Below, in pieces: positions 1 through 9,448 of a DNA stretch of 64,000 nucleotides. A program made the translations under genes and the position numbers. Source of the stretch: a virus (taxonomy: Duplodnaviria; Caudoviricetes); the IMG/VR virus record IMGVR_UViG_3300024229_000651. One strand, 5' to 3'. How positions within the stretch are numbered: the first letter of the stretch is position 1; each line of letters opens with the position of its first letter. The notes below the pieces were generated by a model. That model was not told the DNA's origin. It saw nothing but the letters and a program-made list of their open reading frames with translations, and did not search any database.

Positions 1-668
1 CTAACATTTGAGCTATCACCTAATCGAAGAATCTTTAATACAACTTCAAGAGGCCAATTCCATTCTGTAGTGATGTCTCCACTAACATTGTTATCAATAA
101 GAATCTTAGTTCGGTTGCTACCCAATGTGCCTACGTAGAAATATAATGCACCGTTCTCAGTTTTTGGCATAAAGTTTGCTTCATAAGAACCTAATACTCC
201 AGTGAAGTAGCCCAAATCTTGTAGCATCTTCTTAGTAGGAGAAATAGTTACATCAAATGCTGCACCTTTAAACTTAATGTCTTTTAACTGCTGATTGATA
301 ACATCAGCTAACATAAATCTGTAATGAGCATCCGTACCTTCTGTAGTCTTAAATTCTACTTCAACAGGTACTTCTTCATCGTTTCGAGTTTGCTTTAGTA
401 CTTGTATAGTTGCACTCTCATCGTCAAAGCCAGGATACTGTAAGTAACCCTTCAGTACGTTCATAGTACTTAGACCCACAGTTGAACCTGCAAAGTCTAC
501 AACAGGGTTAGCTGTCTCGCCCTTAAAGATAACTGTTTTGTCTGCGTCTACAGTTTCTACTACAGTTTCTGATGTAGTACCTTTGATCTTTACCATTTCG
601 AATATACCCAGGTCGTGAGTGTGTCTCACAACATCTTTCAGCACATCTTTAATATAATTGTTACTCAT
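1..668 (-). CDS. Probable DNA polymerase sliding clamp (gp45-like), truncated by left edge
   Basis: Absent from the ORF track. Translated by hand from ATG at 668 (GGAGG SD at 674-678): MSNNYIKDVLKDVVRHTHDLGIFEMVKIKG...HYRFMLADVINQQLK...WNWPLEVVLKIL, open to the edge. Resembles clamp-like proteins of large phages and lies next to the polB gene. Confidence 0.6.
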   Translation of the reverse strand, partial: MSNNYIKDVLKDVVRHTHDLGIFEMVKIKGTTSETVVETVDADKTVIFKGETANPVVDFAGSTVGLSTMNVLKGYLQYPGFDDESATIQVLKQTRNDEEVPVEVEFKTTEGTDAHYRFMLADVINQQLKDIKFKGAAFDVTISPTKKMLQDLGYFTGVLGSYEANFMPKTENGALYFYVGTLGSNRTKILIDNNVSGDITTEWNWPLEVVLKILRLGDSSNV

Positions 669-698
669 AGTTTCCTCCAAATAGAACTAGTTGTGTGT

Positions 699-727
699 AT
701 TGTATATGATATATTTAGAAAAGTCAA
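699..727 (-). promoter_or_regulatory. sigma70-like promoter upstream of clamp gene
   Basis: TTGACT-17-TACAAT on minus strand. Confidence 0.6.
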
Positions 728-981
728 GCTGATTCCGAGTCTTTTCTTCGATTTCTTTTTTCAAAATATAATCTCATGTATGTTTTTCTTGCTATTGCTA
801 CTACTGTGAATATGATTGTAAAGAAAATGGTTGTTAATAGCACAGACATTTCGTATGTTCTTGCAATAACAATCAGTCCCATGTTTAACGGAAAGTTAAT
901 TAATAATGCAATGCCAGTGTCTGCTACTGCCTCTTTAAACGCCGCAAATTTAGAATTCAAAGAATGCCTCCAGTGTTTCAC
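724..981 (-). CDS. Small two-TM membrane protein
   Basis: 85 aa, two hydrophobic segments, overlaps the polymerase 3' end. Confidence 0.6.
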   Translation of the reverse strand: MKHWRHSLNSKFAAFKEAVADTGIALLINFPLNMGLIVIARTYEMSVLLTTIFFTIIFTVVAIARKTYMRLYFEKRNRRKDSESA

Positions 982-3643
982 TTTCGTTAGCTCTATTAAG
1001 ATCCCATCCCATAATGCCGATCACATTACCAATCTTCTTATCTAGTACAGCCTTTTCCATAGCCTCTTCATCGAACGGCAAATCTTTAAACCATTGAGGC
1101 AACTGAAGTTCGTCTGTAGGATATGCTATGCTGGCATAGTTCATTGCATTATTCTTCAAGCGGCAAACGACTACCTTAGCACCATCCATAATTGATGTGC
1201 TATAGTTATCGCTGTTCGCAAATTTTAGATTGTTGTAATTAATACTAGCACGTACATGTCCTGGTATCATTTTGTTTTCTTTTTCTTCCTTTAACGCATT
1301 TAACTTATACAAACGTTCATGCCCACCTGGGCCTTTGATTTGTTTGTTATACTTTTTTGTGTATGTAGTCAAATTGTTCACACGCTTAGGCATACCTTTA
1401 CGCCAAGGATCCATTGAGCGAAACTCCTTCTTGAACTCTTTGATTTTTAAGATAACATCATCTTCGGTAAAGCCTTCTAATGCATCATCGAGGATCTCTT
1501 CTAGGAAGTCTTGTACGAACTCAGGCGTGTCTGAACGCTTAATGTCCATACCCATGATCTTTAGTTTGCCGCCTTCTGGCTGCCAGCCTTCTAAGTCTAG
1601 CACCTTAATAGCATAACGCTTCTTAGTAATAAACACACCTGACTTTCCAACTACTTCTCTACCTGCCTTCATTACAGCGCCAGCTGACAGCGGAACATTA
1701 AATGTATCGTGTAACCATTGTGGGAAAGTATCACTAACAGTATCTGAAACATGGTCGTACAATTTAATAGCACCTTCCATATCTAGCGTTTGTCCTTCTG
1801 GCAACGCCGGAACAGCACTAAAATACACAGAGTCAGTATCACCGTATATCATACAGTCTCCTGTGTGATCATACTTACCTGTGAACAGTTCGTTTGTTTT
1901 CGCCCCCATATGTTTCGTGATTGCTCTGCCAGTGAGCGTTGTACTTTGCCCAATGCGCTTATCGTAAAACCTACAACCCGGATTAAGAATAGCACCATAC
2001 AAACTGTTCAAGTTAATCTTCTTAACCAACTGTCTTTTATCCCAAAATGCAATCTGCTCAGGGTCAGTGGCTTCTTTCTTCTTTGCTTGCAGTTCTTGCC
2101 GCTCTGCATACCAACGCTCTAGTAGTCCTGGCACAATGCCTTGGAAGTCTGTTCTAAAGATAGTACCGTTAGCACTAATGTTCCAAGGTTGCCCAGAGTT
2201 AAAAATTAAATTATACACGTCAGCGCCTGTAGTTTCTACGCTACCACCAGTCTCCATATCCAATATTAGAGGCTTGTTTATGTCCTTATCCATCACAAGC
2301 TCATATTCGTTGCTTCCGAACTTGCCTAACCATGCGTCAGCAAATGAGCTTTTCTCAAGTTTCATTTTACTATCAATTTCTTCGTCAGTATAGACAGGCT
2401 TGAGCTGACCTACTATAGTCTCCGGAGCCATGTTAAGTGCTCTAAACACACTAGGATACAGTGAATTCAAATCCATACTGCCAATCCATTTGTGGAAACC
2501 TTTCTTAGGGAATGCAACATACGCACCAGCTGCTTGTGTACTTTCACCCGGATCGCTACGCCTTCTGTCAGGGACTACATATCCACGCCGGTGTGCTTCG
2601 TTAATGATTGCTTGCTCTGTGGTTGCTACAGCACCCATCGTAGTAAACAGCAATACAGTGTTATCGTGAGCGATAGTATTTGCTAAGTCGATGAACTGTA
2701 ATTTTTTATCTAACTTGTCCAGCAACATAACGTCTTGGATATTATATTCAATGAACTTAGCATAGTCATGATTATAAAGACGATCTAATGATCCTTCGTA
2801 TGCAACTTTCTTTTCGCCTACTTCGATCTCGCCGATAAAGTCTAGTCTGTAACTGTGTCGCTCTTCATAATTGAACTTTCTATACAATTGCATATAGTCC
2901 AAATGCACACGCCCTACTAGGTCATAGCTCTGTCGTTCCTCACCGAAGTTATCATACGTCCTATCTTTTGGAAGTTGATCAAATAAGCACAGTTTTCGAG
3001 TTTCTGCCTTGCCTAGTACTTTGATAATACGATTAACAGTATACGGAATATCATATCCTTCACTGTTCCATCCACTTAGAATGTCTGCATCATCTATCAA
3101 TTGCAAAAAGACTTTAAGCATTTCGGCTTCGTCTTTGAACAACAACACTTCTTTATACTGACTGCCAATGGCTTGGGCTTGCTCCCAAGTAAGTGTCTTA
3201 GGTGGGACTGTTAAACACACCATTGCGTCCATCCACTGCAAGTAAACACCGATAGCTGTGATAGGCATGAATGCTTCTTCGGGTGAACTAAAACCTCTTA
3301 CTGGGTCAAAGTCCACCTCAATATCAAACATACATGTATGTAGCTTTGGCGGCTCTACTCCGTTATAATGTAATGCAAGTGTCTTGTTCAGAGGCTTAAT
3401 ATCAGTCTCGAATAGTTTTCCACTTTTTCTAGCAATAGCTACATTCTTTCTGAAATCTTTGAAGTTTTTGCATGATACTTCAGTGACTTTGTCACCATAC
3501 ACGCTTTGTGATTTGCCCTTAGGATCTGGGTAATAAAAATTGTACACCGGCTTATGCTCAGTGATAATTCGCTTGCCGTCAACACGCTCTGACACATGTA
3601 TGACATCGCGACTCTTGTCATGATGTGCATCAACATAACTCAT
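950..3643 (-). CDS. 43: Family B DNA polymerase (T4 gp43-like) with 3'-5' exonuclease
   Basis: Exo motifs FDIEVD, GWNSEGYD, YNIQD; polymerase motifs DLNSLYPS, KINLNSLYG, YGDTDS; AAGGAG SD. Confidence 0.97.
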   Translation of the reverse strand: MSYVDAHHDKSRDVIHVSERVDGKRIITEHKPVYNFYYPDPKGKSQSVYGDKVTEVSCKNFKDFRKNVAIARKSGKLFETDIKPLNKTLALHYNGVEPPKLHTCMFDIEVDFDPVRGFSSPEEAFMPITAIGVYLQWMDAMVCLTVPPKTLTWEQAQAIGSQYKEVLLFKDEAEMLKVFLQLIDDADILSGWNSEGYDIPYTVNRIIKVLGKAETRKLCLFDQLPKDRTYDNFGEERQSYDLVGRVHLDYMQLYRKFNYEERHSYRLDFIGEIEVGEKKVAYEGSLDRLYNHDYAKFIEYNIQDVMLLDKLDKKLQFIDLANTIAHDNTVLLFTTMGAVATTEQAIINEAHRRGYVVPDRRRSDPGESTQAAGAYVAFPKKGFHKWIGSMDLNSLYPSVFRALNMAPETIVGQLKPVYTDEEIDSKMKLEKSSFADAWLGKFGSNEYELVMDKDINKPLILDMETGGSVETTGADVYNLIFNSGQPWNISANGTIFRTDFQGIVPGLLERWYAERQELQAKKKEATDPEQIAFWDKRQLVKKINLNSLYGAILNPGCRFYDKRIGQSTTLTGRAITKHMGAKTNELFTGKYDHTGDCMIYGDTDSVYFSAVPALPEGQTLDMEGAIKLYDHVSDTVSDTFPQWLHDTFNVPLSAGAVMKAGREVVGKSGVFITKKRYAIKVLDLEGWQPEGGKLKIMGMDIKRSDTPEFVQDFLEEILDDALEGFTEDDVILKIKEFKKEFRSMDPWRKGMPKRVNNLTTYTKKYNKQIKGPGGHERLYKLNALKEEKENKMIPGHVRASINYNNLKFANSDNYSTSIMDGAKVVVCRLKNNAMNYASIAYPTDELQLPQWFKDLPFDEEAMEKAVLDKKIGNVIGIMGWDLNRANESETLEAFFEF

Positions 3644-3660
3644 TGTTTCTCCTTCTTCAA

Positions 3661-3682
3661 TGCGCCACTTGTGGCTGGCGCA
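3661..3682 (-). promoter_or_regulatory. Hairpin just 5' of the polymerase SD (candidate translational operator)
   Basis: TGCGCCA-GCCACAAG-TGGCGCA, 7-bp stem, 8-nt loop, no U-tract, followed by TTGAAGAAGGAGAAACAATG. Confidence 0.45.
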
Positions 3683-3706
3683 ATACCCGCATAAATAATT
3701 AGCTTG

Positions 3707-3970
3707 TTAAAGCGTTCTGCCAACAGTTTCTAGGATAGTCTCTAGTTGATCAAACTTGTCTGACTCTTCACCAAAACTCGCTTTGTGTGCAATCTTAATT
3801 GCTTTGTTAAGCACACCGGGTTTTAGGTCCATTTCTTCTGCAATAGCCTTTACTGTTTCTCTGAGTCCAGTCTGCAACAAATCAACCTCTGCCAGTACCT
3901 GCTCACCTTCCTGAATGAGCCGCTTTAACCTAGCTTGCTCTTCGCCGTTAAAACTTCTGTTAAATGCCAT
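3707..3970 (-). CDS. Small dsDNA-binding protein (T4 DsbA / GapR-like coiled coil)
   Basis: True start ATG 3970 (MAFNRSF) with GGAGG SD; LRETVKAIAEEMDLKPGVLNKAIKIAHK pattern. Confidence 0.6.
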   Translation of the reverse strand: MAFNRSFNGEEQARLKRLIQEGEQVLAEVDLLQTGLRETVKAIAEEMDLKPGVLNKAIKIAHKASFGEESDKFDQLETILETVGRTL

Positions 3971-4007
3971 ATAGCCTCCTGTGAATGTATTTACGTTAAC
4001 ATAGTGT

Positions 4008-4035
4008 AGTATAGCATCTTTTGTGGAGCAGTCAA
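4008..4035 (-). promoter_or_regulatory. sigma70-like promoter for the dsbA-like/polymerase unit
   Basis: TTGACT-16-TATACT; back-to-back with a plus-strand GATAAATA at 4038-4045. Confidence 0.55.
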
Positions 4036-4070
4036 GTGATAAATACAATTATATACTGTAGGAGTACAAC

Positions 4071-4397
4071 ATGACAGAAGAAGTAAAACCAACGACACAC
4101 CATCCTGCAGATTCAAATGGAGATGGTAAAGTGTCTAAACAAGAAGAAACAATGTTCCTCGAGTTCAAACGTAAAGAGCTAGAAGATGCAGATGCGATGC
4201 GAGATGCCCAGCGTAAGATGGCTTGGTTCTCATTGTTCGGTATGTTATTATACCCTTTCGCAGTAGTTGTCGCCAGCCTAGCAGGTTTAAGTGAAGCACA
4301 AGCAACGCTTGGATCAATGGCACCAACATACTTTGTAGCCGTTGCGGGTATTGTAGCCGCATTCTTTGGCGCTCAAGCGTTTAGCAAAGGTAAGTAG
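4071..4397 (+). CDS. Two-TM membrane protein (possible holin-like)
   Basis: 108 aa, AGGAG SD, two C-terminal hydrophobic helices, preceded by GATAAATA. Confidence 0.65.
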   Translation: MTEEVKPTTHHPADSNGDGKVSKQEETMFLEFKRKELEDADAMRDAQRKMAWFSLFGMLLYPFAVVVASLAGLSEAQATLGSMAPTYFVAVAGIVAAFFGAQAFSKGK

Positions 4398-4401
4398 TTA
4401 T

Positions 4402-4710
4402 ATGTTCACCAAACACTTCACCCGACTCGTATCAAGAGAGCAACTTGACAACGATGATGTAGAGCTTTTCTACGACATCGTGCAGAGTGTTGTCTCAACA
4501 AAAGTAGTAACAGCATATGACACAGACAAAGATGAAGTGTCTGTGGATGTAATAGCATATGAAGACTCAGACGAGGACGGTGATTTGTTTGTGTACGAAA
4601 TAGTCTTATCAGAAGAGATAGCTCCATCAGAAGGCGATGAGATAGCCGGCTTGATATTTGATGAGTTTGATAGCGAGAGTATCACATTCGAGGCAAGTAT
4701 CGAGATATAG
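4402..4710 (+). CDS. Acidic hypothetical protein
   Basis: Likely start MFTKHF at 4402, directly after previous stop. Confidence 0.65.
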   Translation: MFTKHFTRLVSREQLDNDDVELFYDIVQSVVSTKVVTAYDTDKDEVSVDVIAYEDSDEDGDLFVYEIVLSEEIAPSEGDEIAGLIFDEFDSESITFEASIEI

Positions 4711-4711
4711 T

Positions 4712-5521
4712 ATGGCATTAGATCGCCTTGGCATACCTTTCCATCCTGCAGAATACGATCCTGATTTCCCAAGGGTAAAGTGCAAAGTTTGCAACCTAAT
4801 GAATAGTTGCACACACGGTCAACAAGAGATGGTACCATGGTACCCTAGACTCCCTATATTATTAGACGGCGGCATGATAACTTCCGTACCAGAAAACAAC
4901 AGGTACTTTCATGAGTACACCTTGTGGAGTATAGAAAAAATTGCTAATGCTAATATTATAAATCACAAACTGATAATAGAAGATTTTATACACCCAGAGC
5001 TTCTTGCTGACTTGCTGGATTCATGGCCAAATGAAATGCCAGAAGATGAGGATGTTCCAGGCAGGTTCTTTCACAGCAATGATATTTCTGCTTATAGACA
5101 ACTAGAAGAAACTGTGTTCGGAAACTGGTACATACAATGTGCATTGGTAGATAAGTTTGATCTACATATAGAATATAAAAGCACACAGTTTTGGTTATGG
5201 AAGGACACAGATGTGTTCAGCATTAATGATGTGCATGTAGACTACACTGATTTTGAAATGACGTTTGGATTGTATTTACCTGGTAACAACAAGATCGCCA
5301 ATTACGGAACTCAATTTTGGAAACCGTTGATAGATGTATCCGAAATATGGGATAAAGATATGAGTATCAACAGAGAGGACTGCGTACTAACTGAGCAAGC
5401 TCCTTTTACTAACGGCACTTGCTACTTTATGCCTAGGTCTATCCATAGTTGGCATAGTAGTCCTATAATAGATAAGCCAATGGACAGGAAACATGTTTAC
5501 GGATTTTATAAAACAGTTTGA
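4712..5521 (+). CDS. 2OG-Fe(II) oxygenase-like protein
   Basis: HVD...WH...R facial-triad pattern, GLYLP..GT motif; N-terminal CxxC/C/H segment. Confidence 0.65.
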   Translation: MALDRLGIPFHPAEYDPDFPRVKCKVCNLMNSCTHGQQEMVPWYPRLPILLDGGMITSVPENNRYFHEYTLWSIEKIANANIINHKLIIEDFIHPELLADLLDSWPNEMPEDEDVPGRFFHSNDISAYRQLEETVFGNWYIQCALVDKFDLHIEYKSTQFWLWKDTDVFSINDVHVDYTDFEMTFGLYLPGNNKIANYGTQFWKPLIDVSEIWDKDMSINREDCVLTEQAPFTNGTCYFMPRSIHSWHSSPIIDKPMDRKHVYGFYKTV

Positions 5522-6206
5522 TCATATAGCAGAAAGAGTGAAAGCCACAACTTTATCTACAGAGCCGTGGGATCATCTGTATGTTCGTAATATTTTTGAG
5601 GAAGATTTTTATGAAGAGATGATTAAATTTCCTCAGTGGCAAGAAACACAGTTATGTCTGGATGCAAATGCACAAGAGCTTGGCCGGCAAACGACTATAT
5701 TCAATACAGAAAATAATGTGTATCGAAATAATTTAGAAGAGTTTAATGACAAAACTAACATGTTATTTCATTTGTTAACAGATAAGTTTTCTGAGACAGA
5801 ATATCGGGATGACTATGTCACATGTACTTCGAATTTTTGGGAAGACACAAATGCGTTGGTCATTCAGGATATACATACTGATGCATTCTTTGACACACGT
5901 TTTTCATTAAGTGGGCAGTTTTATCTACCACCTTTAAACGACCAGTCACAAATAGATTACGGTACTTCGTTATACAAATATATAGGTGACGATATATCTA
6001 AGCACTCTCAACAGAATGAGGGACTGCTACACCCATCCTTAGTTTTCGAAGAGCATGAGTGTTATTATGAGAATTCGCTAACAGTGCCTTTCGAATCGAA
6101 TAGTGCGTTGTTCACAATCAACAAAGCGAATACATGGCATCGAGCACCCAGGAATATAAAGCCCAGCGACATACGTAAAAGTATGATGTTTCGTTGGAAA
6201 GTTTAG
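5493..6206 (+). CDS. 2OG-Fe(II) oxygenase-like protein (paralogue of upstream gene)
   Basis: IHTD...FYLP...GTSLY...WH...RKS. Confidence 0.65.
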   Translation: MFTDFIKQFDHIAERVKATTLSTEPWDHLYVRNIFEEDFYEEMIKFPQWQETQLCLDANAQELGRQTTIFNTENNVYRNNLEEFNDKTNMLFHLLTDKFSETEYRDDYVTCTSNFWEDTNALVIQDIHTDAFFDTRFSLSGQFYLPPLNDQSQIDYGTSLYKYIGDDISKHSQQNEGLLHPSLVFEEHECYYENSLTVPFESNSALFTINKANTWHRAPRNIKPSDIRKSMMFRWKV

Positions 6207-6215
6207 TTTATGCTT

Positions 6216-7952
6216 TTAGTACGACAACGTACTAATTGATGTATATCCCAAGTTGTTTAATGCACCGATAACTTGGTTAGCATAATACGTAGCATTACTT
6301 GCAGCAATAACATCAGTCTCTACAGATATTGTAGCAGTCATATCACTAAGCCCTGCAGTCCCATTGTAGTTCCCTGTGCCGTTAATCACAGCACTAACAT
6401 ACTCTTTGTAACCGGAATAAGTTCCGGGACCAGTGTTTATCTGGAACAACACACCTCTAAAGTAGGCACTTCCGTTTGTGGATAGTGCAGAGTTCACGTC
6501 ACTGCGTAGAGCAGCAATATCTGTATTGTGTTGAGTAGTAGGAAGCGTTGGATAGTTTTGTACAGCACCGTACGGTGAGTTCTCATCTGAGAATACTAAG
6601 TTAATAACTTGCGTAATGTTAGCATTACTGCCCATAGTATTCATTTGATCCCAAACTTTCTCGTCGGGCTTTTCAAAGAATGTTACGTTTTCATCGTAGA
6701 TATCACCATCATTATTATAGAATGGTAGCAATGCATTTTTAAGTACATTAGTCTTCATTGTTTGCATAGGAGTTAGTGACGTATTCATACTGCCGCTTGT
6801 ATCGAAGAATATATTAATTTCAGTGTTTGTGTCAATAGTAACTTCTGCTTCTTCTTCTTCGGTCTCATCGCATGGGCAAGTTGCATCACTGTCACCAGCA
6901 ATACCGTTGTCTGATACTCTTCTCCAATTGGTCCCGTCAAATACAACAATAGTCGGTCCAAACGGATCGTTTACACAAAAAACAAATGTACCTGCACTTA
7001 TGTTTATAGTAGGTAGTTCTACAACACGATATGTAGGCATCATAGGTAAACCACTATCTGTGACTACAAAACCTTGATCCACAATAGCACCAGTTCTGCT
7101 AGTAATAGAACCCAAGTCACTTCTGATCTCGTCACTACCCACAATCAAGTCATAGTCTGTGAACTGTTCAAACGACACACTTCTAACTAAGCCTGTGGTG
7201 AGATGTCCCGTGTTCCGCTGGTATGTTAAGCCAGGCGTTCCATGAAATGCGCCACTATTGTTAAATTGTATTTCTGTATTGCTACCGCCAGGAGAGATAT
7301 TAAAATTAGCAAAAGTTAAATTACCTTGGCCATCTGTAGTTAATATTTGATCAGCGGTGCCATCTGCTGTAGGGAAACTGTATGCATTAGTTACTGATAG
7401 TGATCCTGCACTAATAGTGTTACCTTCAATAACGTTCGGAGAACCGTTAGGTCTAATACTACCTATGACATTGCCGTGCAAGTCGCCAACAAAGCCGCCT
7501 GCTACTAATGTTTCAGTGCCTAGTGTCCACTCACCTTCTGACTCGTCCCACAAGAAAGTAACATTAGGCTCATCGCCTCTGTTCATTTCTATGCCACCAT
7601 CACTAACATTGTCAGCACCAGAGAAGTCGCTGTTTAGAACAACAATGTTGTCCTCAACTTCTAACACGTTTGTGCTGATTGTAGTTTGATTGCCTGTAAC
7701 AGTTAGATTGCCTGTTACTGTGAGGTCTTGCGTTGTGGCATTACTGCCAGCTACTATTAAGTCGTTCCACGTTACTACACCATTTGATATTTCGGCAATT
7801 TTGATAGCAGCATTAGTGCTATCTAGCCATATATCACCTGCTGTAACATTTGCGTCAATAGGTGTGGATGTTGAGCCAAAGACTTTACCACCGCGTTTAC
7901 CAAACTGAAAGTTTGAATTGGTGGTTCCTTTGGCATTCATGTAAACTGCCAT
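6216..7952 (-). CDS. Virion fibre-like protein with C-terminal vWA-like domain
   Basis: N-terminal LTVTGNLTVTGNQTTI / YSFPTADG fibre motifs; FFDTSGSM MIDAS-like motif after an acidic linker. Confidence 0.65.
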   Translation of the reverse strand: MAVYMNAKGTTNSNFQFGKRGGKVFGSTSTPIDANVTAGDIWLDSTNAAIKIAEISNGVVTWNDLIVAGSNATTQDLTVTGNLTVTGNQTTISTNVLEVEDNIVVLNSDFSGADNVSDGGIEMNRGDEPNVTFLWDESEGEWTLGTETLVAGGFVGDLHGNVIGSIRPNGSPNVIEGNTISAGSLSVTNAYSFPTADGTADQILTTDGQGNLTFANFNISPGGSNTEIQFNNSGAFHGTPGLTYQRNTGHLTTGLVRSVSFEQFTDYDLIVGSDEIRSDLGSITSRTGAIVDQGFVVTDSGLPMMPTYRVVELPTINISAGTFVFCVNDPFGPTIVVFDGTNWRRVSDNGIAGDSDATCPCDETEEEEAEVTIDTNTEINIFFDTSGSMNTSLTPMQTMKTNVLKNALLPFYNNDGDIYDENVTFFEKPDEKVWDQMNTMGSNANITQVINLVFSDENSPYGAVQNYPTLPTTQHNTDIAALRSDVNSALSTNGSAYFRGVLFQINTGPGTYSGYKEYVSAVINGTGNYNGTAGLSDMTATISVETDVIAASNATYYANQVIGALNNLGYTSISTLSY

Positions 7953-8020
7953 ATGTAATATACTCCGATCTGCTAATAAAGCAGTCTAGGGCAGTATGCC
8001 CTAGCTCTAAGTTATATTAC

Positions 8021-8028
8021 TATTTATC
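8021..8028 (-). promoter_or_regulatory. Late-promoter-like GATAAATA box
   Basis: One of nine exact copies oriented toward a downstream gene; compare T4 late promoter TATAAATA. Confidence 0.6.
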
Positions 8029-8030
8029 TT

Positions 8031-8729
8031 TTATTGATCGAAGGTGACTCGATTTACAAACGTTTCTTTGCACTTACTGTAATCAGACACTTCGTGGCTT
8101 TTAACGAATGCTGAGAACTCCATTTTTGTGCCTACTGAAAAGTCTTCAACTGTGTTTTTGTGAAAACGTGACATATCCAAGAAACACTTTACAATGTTTT
8201 CATCCTCTGTCAGCACGGCAACTAGCACACTGTGGCTCCGGGCAATGTATCTACTCATTGCTATAGTGCCGTTGAAGTGCCCACGCTTGCCTAGTTCTCC
8301 CTCAAAATCAGCTGTCTTGCGCAAACTACGCTCTTTATCAGACCATACATCGTGCTTGATGTTGTTACGGTACATGTTGGGCAAGCTAGGGGCTACAGCG
8401 AGCCTATCGTCCCTACCGTTGACATTGATATCTTCGGCTTTGATTAGGTCAACAATTTTCTGCTCAAAGTCGCTGAGGTTGCGCTGAATAGCCTTAAATA
8501 TCAATCCCTGAAAGTAATCGATAATTTCGCTGGCTTTTTCATTGTGAGCATCAGTCACTTGCAAATCTCTATTACCACGCAAACACTCGAGCAGAATATG
8601 GAAGTTTGCTTCTTCGCCTTCTTCCTTTTCTCGAGACTTCACATAGCGAAATCCTTGATGTTCGTCAACTGCCACACAAAGGCTAAGAATTTCCTTAGCA
8701 TCATACACTGATCTTTTTGAATCCTTCAT
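8031..8729 (-). CDS. Hypothetical protein
   Basis: 232 aa ORF in the dominant orientation, no recognised motif. Confidence 0.75.
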   Translation of the reverse strand: MKDSKRSVYDAKEILSLCVAVDEHQGFRYVKSREKEEGEEANFHILLECLRGNRDLQVTDAHNEKASEIIDYFQGLIFKAIQRNLSDFEQKIVDLIKAEDINVNGRDDRLAVAPSLPNMYRNNIKHDVWSDKERSLRKTADFEGELGKRGHFNGTIAMSRYIARSHSVLVAVLTEDENIVKCFLDMSRFHKNTVEDFSVGTKMEFSAFVKSHEVSDYSKCKETFVNRVTFDQ

Positions 8730-8739
8730 AGTATAATCC

Positions 8740-9063
8740 TTAGTCTAACCGTGAGCGTGAAAACAGTTTAACTTCTGGTAGATACTTGTTAACAGTATCC
8801 ACATAAGCATCAGTACCAGCCATCTTAGCACTCATGTCTTGAGTATAGCTACCGCTTGGGTTCCATAACTTGTACCCGCCTTCGTAACTTTTATCAAAGC
8901 CCTGAGCAATAAAACTCTTGCCTACTCTGGTGTTGCCTTTTTCGTAACAGGACACCCATGCAAATCCACAGTTACCTGGATGCTCGCCGTGAGCCTTAAT
9001 ATAGTTGTCTGTGGCTTGCGCCGCATTAAGAAGTGCTTCGTTGTGAATTTGTTCTGTTAACAT
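8740..9063 (-). CDS. Early hypothetical protein (CGFAWV motif)
   Basis: Start MLTEQ at 9063, directly behind a sigma70 promoter. Confidence 0.7.
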   Translation of the reverse strand: MLTEQIHNEALLNAAQATDNYIKAHGEHPGNCGFAWVSCYEKGNTRVGKSFIAQGFDKSYEGGYKLWNPSGSYTQDMSAKMAGTDAYVDTVNKYLPEVKLFSRSRLD

Positions 9064-9094
9064 ATTTTCTACCCTTTGCTTAATTATGTATACA

Positions 9095-9123
9095 ATTATA
9101 CCGGAAAAAGTGGCGCAAGTCAA
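9095..9123 (-). promoter_or_regulatory. Consensus sigma70 early promoter
   Basis: TTGACT-17-TATAAT. Confidence 0.8.
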
Positions 9124-9128
9124 CCTTT

Positions 9129-9416
9129 TTAGGCAGACTCGACCACAGAAACTCTTTCGTCATATTCCATCATGCTAACTTGAAATGGAACAAAACCTGT
9201 GTCGCCTTGGCGAACGTTGTCACTACACTCAGTGACTTCGATAGTGTATCCATCGCACAGATAAATCTCACGTCCCAGCTCTGGTTCAAAACGATGAATT
9301 GGACCTTTCTCAATAACCTTACCAACTAGGAAACTGTCCTCACGACCTTCCATTGGCTTAAAATCAAACGCTTTGATTACGTCACCAACTTTAGCCGTCT
9401 CTGCAAATTTCAACAT
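9129..9416 (-). CDS. Early hypothetical protein
   Basis: 95 aa, own promoter and a leader nearly identical to that of the downstream gene. Confidence 0.7.
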   Translation of the reverse strand: MLKFAETAKVGDVIKAFDFKPMEGREDSFLVGKVIEKGPIHRFEPELGREIYLCDGYTIEVTECSDNVRQGDTGFVPFQVSMMEYDERVSVVESA

Positions 9417-9448
9417 ATCTTCTACCCTTTTGCTTAATTATGTATACT

